A model generated the notes under the pieces. It ran no database searches. It was given only the letters and a program-made list of their open reading frames with translations, and had not been told where the DNA came from. Made by a program: the position numbers and the translations under genes. A DNA stretch of 64,000 nt, from positions 1-64,000 of the forward strand of contig JANRLW010000090.1 in assembly GCA_033762295.1 (NCBI GenBank), read 5' to 3'. Source of the stretch: Capsulimonadales bacterium. Its GTDB lineage: Bacteria; Armatimonadota; Armatimonadia; Armatimonadales; Armatimonadaceae. Positions 48,603 through 57,648 of the stretch are shown here, piece after piece (within the stretch, counting starts at the first letter, position 1; the number at the start of each line of letters is the position of its first letter).

Positions 48603-49428
48603 GACGGCTCGTCCGGAGGTCGCGGAGACGGAGATCCCCCGTCCTCCGTTTCCCTGGCAGGGATGGATCGCCGCCGTCGCGGTCGTCGGACTGCTCTGGT
48701 GGAGTTCGATGCCACCGCCAATCGGGACCGGGTTCAACCTCCGCGAAGTGGTCGAGGGATGGCCACAGATGCAGGTCTTCTTTCAAAGGCTGTTTCCGAC
48801 GCCGGACAGACCCTGGCCGCTCGACTACCTGCCGCAGATCGTGAACCGTATGACGGAGACGCTGAAGATCGCGACCGCCGCCTCGATCTTCGGCGCGGTG
48901 TTCGCTCTGCCGTTCGCGATGCTGGCGGCGCGCAATCTGGCGGCGGGGCGGATTGTCTATGGCTTCGGTCGCGGTCTCCTCAACCTGATCCGCACGATCC
49001 CCGACCTGGTGCTGGCGGCCCTCCTCGCTTCCGCCTTCGGAATCGGACCGCTGCCAGGTGTTCTCGCGCTGACGATCTTCACCTTCGGCGTGGTCGCGAA
49101 ACTTCTCTCCGATACGATCGAAACGGTCGATCCGGGGCCGCAGGAGGCGATTACCGCCGCGGGAGGAAACCGAATCCAGCAGGCGTTGTTCGCCGTCTTC
49201 CCGCAGGTCGCGCCGGATTTCGTCGCGTACTCCCTCTATGCGTTCGAGGTGAACATCCGGGCGGCGGCGTTTCTCGGATATGTCGGCGCGGGCGGTATCG
49301 GAATGATCCTGAATCGGGACGTCAAATTCTTCAATTATGGCCGCGTCGGTCTGATTATCACCACGATCTTCGTGACGGTGCTGATCATCGACACCGTCTC
49401 AACCACGATCCGAAGGAGGCTGGTCTGA
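48592..49428 (+). CDS. phnE: Phosphonate ABC transporter permease
   Basis: RTIPDLV, LYAFEVNIR..GAGGIG; TTG start assumed. Confidence 0.9.
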   Translation: MSARTARPEVAETEIPRPPFPWQGWIAAVAVVGLLWWSSMPPPIGTGFNLREVVEGWPQMQVFFQRLFPTPDRPWPLDYLPQIVNRMTETLKIATAASIFGAVFALPFAMLAARNLAAGRIVYGFGRGLLNLIRTIPDLVLAALLASAFGIGPLPGVLALTIFTFGVVAKLLSDTIETVDPGPQEAITAAGGNRIQQALFAVFPQVAPDFVAYSLYAFEVNIRAAAFLGYVGAGGIGMILNRDVKFFNYGRVGLIITTIFVTVLIIDTVSTTIRRRLV

Positions 49429-50237
49429 TGTCGACCGACCACGGGCAGGGGTTGCCTCCGGGGGCGCGTCCGGCCTATGGCGTGGCGATCGGGTACGCGG
49501 TCCTGACCGTGGCGGCGCTCGCCTGGTCGCTGTCCGGTATCGAGGTGTCGCCGGAACGGATCATGCGCGGCTTCGGTCAGGCCGGGCACCTGCTGACGAT
49601 GATGTTCCTCCAACCGGACTGGTCGTATGTCGCAAAGGAGGACGGTCTTCTCGAAGGTCTGCGGCAGAGCGTCCAGATTGCGGCTCTGGGAACGGCGATC
49701 GCCGCGGTTCTGGCGATTCCGTTTGGCGTGCTGGCGGCGCGCAACCTTTACCCGTTACCGATTGCGCCCCTGATCGGCAAGCAGCTCCTCAACCTGATCC
49801 GCACCTTCCCGGAGTTGCTGCTAGCGATCGCGTTTATCAAGGGAATCGGTCCGGGAGCGTTCGCGGGCGTTCTGGCGATCGGCATCCATTCGATCGGAAT
49901 GATGGGGAAACTGTACGCCGAGCGGATCGAAACGACCGACAAAGGGGCATTGGAATCTCTCCGCGCGGCCGGCGCGTCCCCGCTGGAGGTCTTCGTCTTC
50001 GGAATCGTCCCGGAGGTCCTGCCCGATTTTCTGTCGTTCACACTGTACCGGTTCGATCTGAACATCCGATCGGCGACGGTTCTCGGGATTGTCGGCGCGG
50101 GCGGCATCGGCGAGAAGCTGGTTTTTCAGCAGATGTCTTCCAACTGGCATACGATCGGCGTGATCGTGATGGGGATTATCGTGACGATCCTGCTGGTCGA
50201 TTTTATTTCGGGGAAATTGCGGGCGAAACTGGCGTAG
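49428..50237 (+). CDS. phnE: Phosphonate ABC transporter permease
   Basis: RTFPELL, LYRFDLNIRSATVLGIVGAGGIG; TGATG overlap. Confidence 0.9.
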   Translation: MSTDHGQGLPPGARPAYGVAIGYAVLTVAALAWSLSGIEVSPERIMRGFGQAGHLLTMMFLQPDWSYVAKEDGLLEGLRQSVQIAALGTAIAAVLAIPFGVLAARNLYPLPIAPLIGKQLLNLIRTFPELLLAIAFIKGIGPGAFAGVLAIGIHSIGMMGKLYAERIETTDKGALESLRAAGASPLEVFVFGIVPEVLPDFLSFTLYRFDLNIRSATVLGIVGAGGIGEKLVFQQMSSNWHTIGVIVMGIIVTILLVDFISGKLRAKLA

Positions 50238-50240
50238 ACT

Positions 50241-50275
50241 CCTCACCCCGGATCGCCGGGATTACCGGGGTGAGG
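50241..50275. terminator. Hairpin between convergent genes
   Basis: CCTCACCCCGG...CCGGGGTGAGG. Confidence 0.55.
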
Positions 50276-50282
50276 TTGGGGA

Positions 50283-50534
50283 CTACGCTCCGCGCAGTTC
50301 GTCGGAGGGTGGCGGAAGCAACGCCTTGTCGATCGCGCGTTCCGCCATGCGAACGAACTCGTTGTCGCCGTAGCGGGATTTGACCAGACCGAGAGCGTCG
50401 CGTCCGATCCGTCCGAGGGTATCCCCCCATTGATCGCGGGGCACTTTGCGTGAGAGAACGATCAATCCCACGGTGACCGCGCCGACGACGACTCCGGCGA
50501 GAAGATAACGCTTTCGCGTCTCATCCATTTCCAA
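50283..50534 (-). CDS. Small single-TM protein
   Basis: AAGGAG SD, one TM. Confidence 0.65.
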   Translation of the reverse strand: MEMDETRKRYLLAGVVVGAVTVGLIVLSRKVPRDQWGDTLGRIGRDALGLVKSRYGDNEFVRMAERAIDKALLPPPSDELRGA

Positions 50535-50679
50535 TGTTGGCTCCTTGTAATCGGGCTACGGGAACCGCCCGAAGTGACGATGCGACACTGTTATACCCAA
50601 AACGGGTCAGACGCGGATGTCGGAGCGGCGTATCGATCGGAAAAAGGAAAGACCGCCGTCACCGGCGGTCCTGGCAACG

Positions 50680-50931
50680 CTATCGTCGGCTTTTCCGGGC
50701 CGACTTGTACCGGGAATCGCCCCGGTCACGGGACGGAGGGGGACCGGTCTCGCCGGCCGCGATCTGTCGGAACACCTGCGAAAGGTCGAGCATTTTACCG
50801 CAGCGTCCGCAGAAGAAGTTATTGCGCTGAATAGCCGACGGCGGGATCTGCGACGGGTGGTTACATTCGGGGCAAACGACCTGGATCTCACGTCGTCCGC
50901 CGCCGCCGATGATTTTTGCCTGCATAACCAT
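50680..50931 (-). CDS. Small zinc-ribbon protein
   Basis: CPEC-X17-CGRC, basic tail, AAGGA SD. Confidence 0.65.
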   Translation of the reverse strand: MVMQAKIIGGGGRREIQVVCPECNHPSQIPPSAIQRNNFFCGRCGKMLDLSQVFRQIAAGETGPPPSRDRGDSRYKSARKSRR

Positions 50932-51149
50932 CGTTCCTTTCTTTCGAAGCGGTTCTGCCGCGTTCGAACGCCGGGCCGGTACCTTCCGGTACTTGTCCGG
51001 CAATCGCCGTTCACCCGGTGGCTACCCCCTCGGGCGGCGCGGGCGAAAGGCGTTGATTTGATCTTTTGAGACCGGGAAGGAGACACCGTTGCGCCGGAAA
51101 CGGAGGCGCATTATCGGATACCATTCAAACGATCAGTCGATCGGACGTC

Positions 51150-51180
51150 AAAAAAGGCCACGGCATGTTGCCCCGTGACC
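51150..51180 (-). terminator. Intrinsic terminator
   Basis: GGUCACGG-loop-CCGUGGCC-UUUUUU on the minus strand. Confidence 0.75.
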
Positions 51181-51297
51181 GCGGTACGATCGCCAGAAGG
51201 TTTCGCATCCTGTCGTCTCCCGAACAGGAAGCCCGCCTCCTTGAAAAGGATGACCGAGAGGCATCCTCACGTTACAAATGTGGCTAAATGGGAACGT
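51150..51297 (-). ncRNA. Candidate small RNA or attenuated leader
   Basis: Lies between a consensus promoter and an intrinsic terminator; internal hairpins. Confidence 0.55.
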
Positions 51298-51303
51298 CGA
51301 TGA

Positions 51304-51332
51304 ATTATATCATCCTCTTTTACGAATGTAAA
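51304..51332 (-). promoter_or_regulatory. Sigma70 promoter with extended -10
   Basis: TTTACA-N17-TATAAT with TGn. Confidence 0.75.
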
Positions 51333-51409
51333 TCGTTTTAAGCGAATCGTTTTGTCCGACCGGGTAGGAAGGGGGCGCACGACCGCCGCCGTATCTCGGT
51401 CTGCGGGGG

Positions 51410-51439
51410 TTGCCGCCGCACCCTTTGTACGGCTATAAT
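51410..51439 (+). promoter_or_regulatory. Sigma70-type promoter for the SLH gene / aro cluster
   Basis: TTGCCG-N18-TATAAT. Confidence 0.5.
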
Positions 51440-51480
51440 CCCGATAGCGGTCCGTTCCGGGCCGGCGGAAGGAGCCTCCT

Positions 51481-51966
51481 TTGCGAAATCGAGCACCGTT
51501 TTTTCCGGCTGCGCTGATCGGCGTTTTTGCGCTGACCCCGGCGCAGGCGCAGGTCGCGGGTTTTTCGGACGTCCCGGCCAATCACTGGGCCGCGGAGAGC
51601 GTTCAAAAGCTGGCCGCGATGGGGATTCTTCAGGGAAACCCCGTCAAAAAGCCGACCCCGGCGAAATTCGACGGCAACAAGCCGGTCACACGCTACGAAC
51701 TTGCGGCGACCCTGTATCGATTCGTGCTTTATATGGAGCGAGCCGACCGACAGCCGAAGTCCAAACTGGGAGCGGACGCCAGCGGGGCGGACGCCGTAAA
51801 ATATCTGACCGACAACGGCTATCTGCCCAAGGGCACGCCGCTGGCGAAGAACGGGAACACCCTGGTGACGGCGAACCTGTTCGCGGATTCGCTCTACACG
51901 GTCATGGCGCGTATCCGCGAAAAGAGCGTGCCGGTGACCCCCGGCTCGAAATATTCCGCCGATTGA
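51481..51966 (+). CDS. S-layer homology (SLH) domain protein
   Basis: Signal peptide; FSDVPANHWA..GILQG..FDGNKPVTRYELA. Confidence 0.88.
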   Translation: MRNRAPFFPAALIGVFALTPAQAQVAGFSDVPANHWAAESVQKLAAMGILQGNPVKKPTPAKFDGNKPVTRYELAATLYRFVLYMERADRQPKSKLGADASGADAVKYLTDNGYLPKGTPLAKNGNTLVTANLFADSLYTVMARIREKSVPVTPGSKYSAD

Positions 51967-52056
51967 GGCGGGCCGACCGATCCGCCTGCGGCGACGATCC
52001 GGTCGGAGGATACCTGGCGAAAAGCGAGACACAGACAGGTTGAAGGAGCGGAGTGC

Positions 52057-53079
52057 ATGGTTATCGTTATGAAGCCCGACGCGACGGAGCGGAACCGGGA
52101 GGATGTGGTTCGGAATCTGGAAGGGCGGGGCTACGGGGTCCATGTCTCTGTCGGCGCGGTGCAGACGATCATCGGCGTGATCGGCGTCGATATCGAGCAG
52201 AAAGCGGAGCTTTTCGACCAGTTCGAGGCGCTGCCGTTCGTCGAAAAGTGCATCGCCATCTCCCGGCCCTACAAGCTGGTGGATAAGGCGTTCCGCCCCG
52301 AAGGAACGATCATCAACGTGCGGGGTGTGCCGATCGGCGGCGACACCGCCGTGATGATGGCCGGTCCCTGTACCGTCGAAACCGAGGAGCAGTTGATGGA
52401 GGCGGCAAAAGCGGTGCGTGCCGCCGGCGCCCATATCCTGCGCGGTGGGGCGTACAAACCCTCGACCTCGCCCTATTCGTTCCACGGACACGGTGTCGCC
52501 GCGCTGAAAATGCTGGCGAATGCCCGGGCCGAAACCGGCATGCCGGTCATTACCGAGGTCATGGACGTTCGCGATGTGGAAGTCGTCTGCGAGTACGCCG
52601 ATATTCTTCAGATCGGCACCCGAAACGCGCAGAACTATAACCTGCTCCGTGAGGTCGGCAAGGCGCGGACGCCGGTCATGCTGAAGCGGGGAATGTCGAG
52701 CCGCATCGAGGAGTGGCTTCAGGCGGCGGAATATATCGCGTCCCAGGGCAACTACGATATCATGCTCTGCGAACGCGGCATCCGGACCTTCGAGACGTAC
52801 ACACGCAATACGTTCGATATCAATGCGATACCGGCCATCAAGGAACTGTCGCACCTGCCGATCATCGCCGATCCGTCCCACGGCACCGGCAAGGCGTCTC
52901 TGGTGGCGGCGGTGACCCTGGCCGCTTTCGCCGCCGGAGCCGACGGAGCCATTGTCGAGGTGCATCCCAACCCGGCGAAGGCGCTGAAAGACGGCGCACA
53001 GTCCCTGACACCGACCGCCTTCCGGGCGATGATGAGCGACCTGGAACGGCTGGCGCCGATCACGGGTCGACATCTCTGA
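52057..53079 (+). CDS. aroF: DAHP synthase type I-beta
   Basis: [31 protein letters not shown]. Confidence 0.95.
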   Translation: MVIVMKPDATERNREDVVRNLEGRGYGVHVSVGAVQTIIGVIGVDIEQKAELFDQFEALPFVEKCIAISRPYKLVDKAFRPEGTIINVRGVPIGGDTAVMMAGPCTVETEEQLMEAAKAVRAAGAHILRGGAYKPSTSPYSFHGHGVAALKMLANARAETGMPVITEVMDVRDVEVVCEYADILQIGTRNAQNYNLLREVGKARTPVMLKRGMSSRIEEWLQAAEYIASQGNYDIMLCERGIRTFETYTRNTFDINAIPAIKELSHLPIIADPSHGTGKASLVAAVTLAAFAAGADGAIVEVHPNPAKALKDGAQSLTPTAFRAMMSDLERLAPITGRHL

Positions 53080-53086
53080 TCCATCC

Positions 53087-53956
53087 ATGCCCCGACCGTT
53101 CTCCCGGATCGCCATTGTCGGCGTCGGCCTGATCGGCGGATCGCTCGGCCTGGCGGTTCGGGAACGGGGACTGGCGGCGGAGGTGATCGGCATCGGTCGT
53201 AATCCGGTCACCCTTTCCGAAGCGCGGGAGCTTCGCGCCATCGACGCGTTTTCCCTCGACCTTGCGGAAGGAACGGCCGGCGCCGACCTGGTCGTTCTGG
53301 CGACACCCATCCCGCAGATCCTCGCCGATATCGAGCGGCTGGCCGCCCTTGCCGATTTCCAGGGAATCGTGACCGATGTCGGGTCGATCAAGGGTGAGAT
53401 CGCCGCGCGCGGCGCGCGTTTCCTCCCGGACCGATTCATCGGTTCCCATCCGATGGCCGGTTCGGAGAAGGCCGGGGTGCGTTTCGCAAGCGCCGACCTC
53501 TTCGTCGGGGCCACCTGGGTTCTCACGCCGACGGAGGGAACGCCCGCCGACCGCTGCGAAAGGGTGCGCTTCCTGGCCGGGGCGATCGGGGCGCGTCTTC
53601 TGGAACTGTCGCCGGACGCCCATGATCGGGCGGTCGCCGTGACCTCCCACCTGCCCCATATCCTGGCCTACGCTCTGGCGGCGGTCGCGGGCGATCGGGC
53701 CGAGGCCGAACCGGACCTGCCCGCCGTCGCCGCCGGGTCGTTCGCCTCAGGGACGCGTGTCGCGCAGAGCAGTCCGGAACTCTGGCAGGGGATCTGTTCC
53801 GGAAACCGTGCCGCCGTTCTCGAAGCGTTGCGCGCCTACTCGGCGGAACTGGACGAAGTCCGTCGCGCACTGGAATCCGAAGACGACACCGCGCTTCTGG
53901 AAGCGTTCGATCGCGGGTTTCAGGCCAGAAACCGGTGGAAATCGCCTGCCGAATAG
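53087..53956 (+). CDS. tyrA: Prephenate dehydrogenase
   Basis: GVGLIGGS, DVGSIK, HPMAGSE, SHLPH. Confidence 0.93.
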   Translation: MPRPFSRIAIVGVGLIGGSLGLAVRERGLAAEVIGIGRNPVTLSEARELRAIDAFSLDLAEGTAGADLVVLATPIPQILADIERLAALADFQGIVTDVGSIKGEIAARGARFLPDRFIGSHPMAGSEKAGVRFASADLFVGATWVLTPTEGTPADRCERVRFLAGAIGARLLELSPDAHDRAVAVTSHLPHILAYALAAVAGDRAEAEPDLPAVAAGSFASGTRVAQSSPELWQGICSGNRAAVLEALRAYSAELDEVRRALESEDDTALLEAFDRGFQARNRWKSPAE

Positions 53957-54030
53957 GCTCTTTTTCCGCCGAACGGCGGTTTTGAACGATTCGGCTGTCG
54001 GAACCCCGGCACCCGTTGTATGATAGGTTC

Positions 54031-55323
54031 GTGGAAACGCGACCCATTCTTCCGACCGACCGACCGCTTTCGGGAACGATCCCGGTCCCCGGTTCCAAAA
54101 GCATCACGAATCGCGCTCTGGTTCTTGCCGGTCTCTGCGCCGGGACGACAACGCTGACCAACGCCCTGTTCGCGGACGATACGGCGCGGATGCGCGACTG
54201 TCTCGGGGCACTGGGGGTTTCGGTCAAGAGCGATGCGGTGGCCGAGACGATGACCGTCGTCGGGACGGCGGGCCGTTTCCCGATTGCCGACGCGTCCCTG
54301 TTCGTGGGGAACAGCGGGACAACGGCCCGCTTCATCACTCCGGTGGCGGCGCTGGCGACGGCGACGATTTTCCTCGATGGCGTGGCCCGGATGCGGGAAC
54401 GGCCGATGGGCGATCTGATCCACGCCCTGCATCAACTGGGAGTCCGGGTGGAAAGCGTCGGAGCCAATGACTGCCCGCCGATCCGGATGGAGGCCGGCGG
54501 TCTGCATGGGGGCGAATGCGTGATTCGTTCCGATGCTTCCAGCCAGTTTCTTTCGGGCCTGTTGCTCGCGGCTCCTTGCGCCGACGGCGAGGAAACGATC
54601 GTTCGGGTCGAGGGTCCGATACTGTCCGCGCCCTATCTCCGGATCACGGTTGAGATGGTTCGGGCGTTCGGCGGTCGGATCGAGGTGTCCGGGGACGGAC
54701 GAACCTACCGTATTCCGGGACGGCAATCCTATATCTCCCCGGAGCGGTATTCGATCGAACCCGATGCCTCCTCGGCCTCGTATTTCTGGGCGGCGGCGGC
54801 GATGACGGCCGGTCGGGTTCGTGTTCCCGGAATCGGGCGAAACGCGCTTCAGGGCGATGCCGCCTTTGTCGACGTGCTGGAAGCGATGGGCTGTGACGTG
54901 GTCCGCGGCGAGGATTTTATCGAAGTGACGGGGCCGGATCGTCTGTCCGGCGTTACATGGGATATGAACGCGATCTCGGACACCGTCATGACGCTGGCGG
55001 CGATCGCGCCGTTCGCGGACGGTCCCACCCGTATCGAAAATGTCGGCCACATCCGGCACAAGGAAACCGACCGTCTCCGGGCGGTCGCTACGGAACTGCG
55101 ACGACTGGGGGTCGAGGTCGAGGAGCGGGCGGACGGACTGACGATCTATCCGACGGCTGTCTTCCGACCGGCGACCGTCGAAACGTACGACGACCATCGT
55201 ATGGCGATGTCGTTCGCCCTGATCGGCCTGCGGGTGGCCGGGGTGGCGATTGCGGACCCCGACTGCGTCGCGAAAACTTTTCCGGACTATTTTGAGCGGC
55301 TGGAGCGGCTGCGAAACGGGTAG
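54031..55323 (+). CDS. aroA: EPSP synthase
   Basis: PGSKSITNR, GNSGTTAR, SSQFLS, KETDR, DDHRMAM. Confidence 0.95.
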   Translation: METRPILPTDRPLSGTIPVPGSKSITNRALVLAGLCAGTTTLTNALFADDTARMRDCLGALGVSVKSDAVAETMTVVGTAGRFPIADASLFVGNSGTTARFITPVAALATATIFLDGVARMRERPMGDLIHALHQLGVRVESVGANDCPPIRMEAGGLHGGECVIRSDASSQFLSGLLLAAPCADGEETIVRVEGPILSAPYLRITVEMVRAFGGRIEVSGDGRTYRIPGRQSYISPERYSIEPDASSASYFWAAAAMTAGRVRVPGIGRNALQGDAAFVDVLEAMGCDVVRGEDFIEVTGPDRLSGVTWDMNAISDTVMTLAAIAPFADGPTRIENVGHIRHKETDRLRAVATELRRLGVEVEERADGLTIYPTAVFRPATVETYDDHRMAMSFALIGLRVAGVAIADPDCVAKTFPDYFERLERLRNG

Positions 55324-55395
55324 AGGCAGGAACGCGAGTCCGGGTCTCGGAAAAAACTAGGATGCCGAATCCGGCAGAAGGTGTGACAGAAATAC

Positions 55396-56082
55396 ATGAG
55401 CAAACCGTGGACAATTGCGATCGATGGCCCCGCCGGCGCGGGGAAGAGTACGGTCGCCCGACTGCTGGCGCGGCGTCTGGGCTACCTTTACGTTGACACG
55501 GGAGCCATGTACCGGGTGGTGGCGCTGCATGCGTTGCGACAGCGCAGCCAGGATCTGTCCGATGACGAAATATCGGCGCTGGCCCGCGCGGTCCGAATCG
55601 AGTTCGTGGCGGTCCCGGGCGAGGAGGCGCAACGGATTTTATTGAACGGCGAGGACGTCACCGAAGCCATCCGGACACCGGAGGTGGCCGAACGCTCCTC
55701 GGTGGTATCGGCGATTCCGGGCGTGCGCAGCGCTCTGGTCGCATTACAGCAGGCGATGGGGGCCTCGGGCGGGGTGGTAATGGAAGGACGGGATATCGGG
55801 ACGGTCGTCATGCCGACCGCCCAGGTCAAGGTATTTCTGACGGCCAGTCCGGAGGAACGCGCCGCCCGTCGACATGCCGATCTCCTGGCCCGCGGGAACT
55901 CCGTGAATCTGGAGGATGTCCGTGCGGAACAGGACGCCCGGGATCACCGGGATGCGACCCGGACCGTCGCCCCTCTCGTTCCGGCTCCGGACGCCGTCCT
56001 GCTGAAATCGGACGACCTGCCTCCGGAACTGGTCGTCGATGAGATCATGGAAATCATCGATGACCGGAGGCGGGACGCGTGA
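55396..56082 (+). CDS. cmk: Cytidylate kinase
   Basis: IDGPAGAGKST, DTGAMYR, EGRDIGT. Confidence 0.95.
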   Translation: MSKPWTIAIDGPAGAGKSTVARLLARRLGYLYVDTGAMYRVVALHALRQRSQDLSDDEISALARAVRIEFVAVPGEEAQRILLNGEDVTEAIRTPEVAERSSVVSAIPGVRSALVALQQAMGASGGVVMEGRDIGTVVMPTAQVKVFLTASPEERAARRHADLLARGNSVNLEDVRAEQDARDHRDATRTVAPLVPAPDAVLLKSDDLPPELVVDEIMEIIDDRRRDA

Positions 56083-56831
56083 CGGATCGGGCGGCCGGAG
56101 AGTCTCCCCGAAAGAGGAAGGCTGAACCGGGGAGCTTAGCGACGACGGAGGGCGGAACCCGGCGCACCCCGGATACCTACTGGCTGCTGGAAGGCGTGAC
56201 CCTGTTTTTGTTCGAAGCGCTGGGCGGGTTGTATGTTCAGGGCGAGGAGAACGTTCCGAAAAACGGCACGGTATTGATGGTATCGAACCATGTCTCCTAC
56301 CTGGACCCGGTGGCGATCGGGGATGCCTCTCCGCGCCGGGTCGTCTTCATGGCGAAGGCGGAACTTTTCCGGAACCGGGTTCTCGGGTTCCTCCTGCGTG
56401 GAGTGGACTCCTTTCCGGTCAAACGGGGGGAACCGGACCGGGCGGCGTTCAAGAATACGCTATCGATGTTGGAAGAGGGGCGCGTGGTCTGCATTTTCCC
56501 GCAGGGGACGCGCCGTGAGGCCGGGGATCTGGCGGATGCCGAACCGGGGGCCGGCCTTTTCGCGATTCGGACCGGCTGTCCGGTGGTGCCGGTTTACGTC
56601 TCGGGAACCGATCGAATGCTGGACCGGCAGGGAAAGTGGCATCGAGGGCGCGTGACGGTCGCGTTCGGCGAACCGTTTACTCTCGCCCGTGAAACGGACC
56701 GAGAGGAGGGCGGACGTCGAATGATGCGCGAGATTGCGGCGACGCGCGACCGTTTCGCCTCCGCCCCCGCCCGACGAATCCGACCGCACTGGATTCGGAA
56801 GCCGCGCGAGGGCGCTCGTGCCGTTCGCTGA
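56079..56831 (+). CDS. plsC: Lysophospholipid acyltransferase
   Basis: NHVSYLD, FPQGTR. Confidence 0.88.
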   Translation: MTDRAAGESPRKRKAEPGSLATTEGGTRRTPDTYWLLEGVTLFLFEALGGLYVQGEENVPKNGTVLMVSNHVSYLDPVAIGDASPRRVVFMAKAELFRNRVLGFLLRGVDSFPVKRGEPDRAAFKNTLSMLEEGRVVCIFPQGTRREAGDLADAEPGAGLFAIRTGCPVVPVYVSGTDRMLDRQGKWHRGRVTVAFGEPFTLARETDREEGGRRMMREIAATRDRFASAPARRIRPHWIRKPREGARAVR

Positions 56832-56860
56832 AACGAGTTCGTAAGAGGATCGCGCCGAAA

Positions 56861-57331
56861 TCAGGCGTCGCCGTTTTCGGCGACCGGCGGTTCGGCTTCG
56901 ACGGGCGTTTCCGGCGTCCCGACGTGGCGAAACACCAGTTCTCCGTTCTCCTCCACGTTCAGGGCGATCGCGCCTTTCAGGACGCCGTTCAGCAGGGAAA
57001 GATTCATTTCGTAGCGAGCGATTCGATCGGACGAAATCTCGGCGCGCTGTCGTCGGGAGGTCTCACTGCGTCCGGAATGAATGGCCGTGCCCTCCTCGCG
57101 AACGGAACGCGCCCAGGAGACGACGCTGTGCAGGACATCCGGCGTTGCCCCTTTGGTACCACGCCCCCGTAATACCACATCAATCAGGACGGCGGTTTCA
57201 TTGATCGGTTCGGTTATTTTTGTGCGGCGACCCCGTCGCCTTACACCGTTTTCGGCGGGCGTATCGGCAACCGTCGCGGGTGTTGCTTCGGCATTTTCCG
57301 GCTTTACTTGTGCTCTTCTGCCTCTGGGCAT
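56861..57331 (-). CDS. Hypothetical protein with Arg-rich RGRR motifs
   Basis: 156-aa ORF filling the gap; PRGRR and RRRGRR. Confidence 0.6.
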   Translation of the reverse strand: MPRGRRAQVKPENAEATPATVADTPAENGVRRRGRRTKITEPINETAVLIDVVLRGRGTKGATPDVLHSVVSWARSVREEGTAIHSGRSETSRRQRAEISSDRIARYEMNLSLLNGVLKGAIALNVEENGELVFRHVGTPETPVEAEPPVAENGDA

Positions 57332-57571
57332 GGGAATTTACCATCGAAAGTCCAAACAGGTTTGAACTTTGGTCGATGTGTCCTTTCTAAAGTATAAAAA
57401 AGTTCATGAATGAACGGAGTGCATCCATTGTCGGATTTGCATCACTCCGATTGTACCAAGGATTGTTTCGATTTTAAACGATCACGGGAACAATCCGTGA
57501 GAATATCCGGTAGACCCGCAAACAGAGTCGGGCAATTATTAGGTAATGGCGGCTCACGAAAAGGTTCCCAT

Positions 57572-57616
57572 AAAGAAAAGGTCTGTCCGGTCGGCGACCG
57601 GACAGACCTTTTCTTT
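57572..57616. terminator. Strong terminator after dnaN
   Basis: 21-bp perfect arms AAAGAAAAGGTCTGTCCGGTC / GACCGGACAGACCTTTTCTTT. Confidence 0.85.
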
Positions 57617-57648
57617 TTTGCCAATGGATTCGGCGGAAATGGAAATCT

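Noticed and set aside
48663..49427. 524-aa extended PhnE
   Set aside because: The upstream part is an off-frame overlap with the first phnE; the real start is 49428
51433..53526. 697-aa minus-strand ORF
   Set aside because: Antisense to the SLH gene, aroF and tyrA
57332..57648. Replication origin beside dnaN
   Set aside because: AT-rich, but I found no TTATCCACA boxes and there is no dnaA
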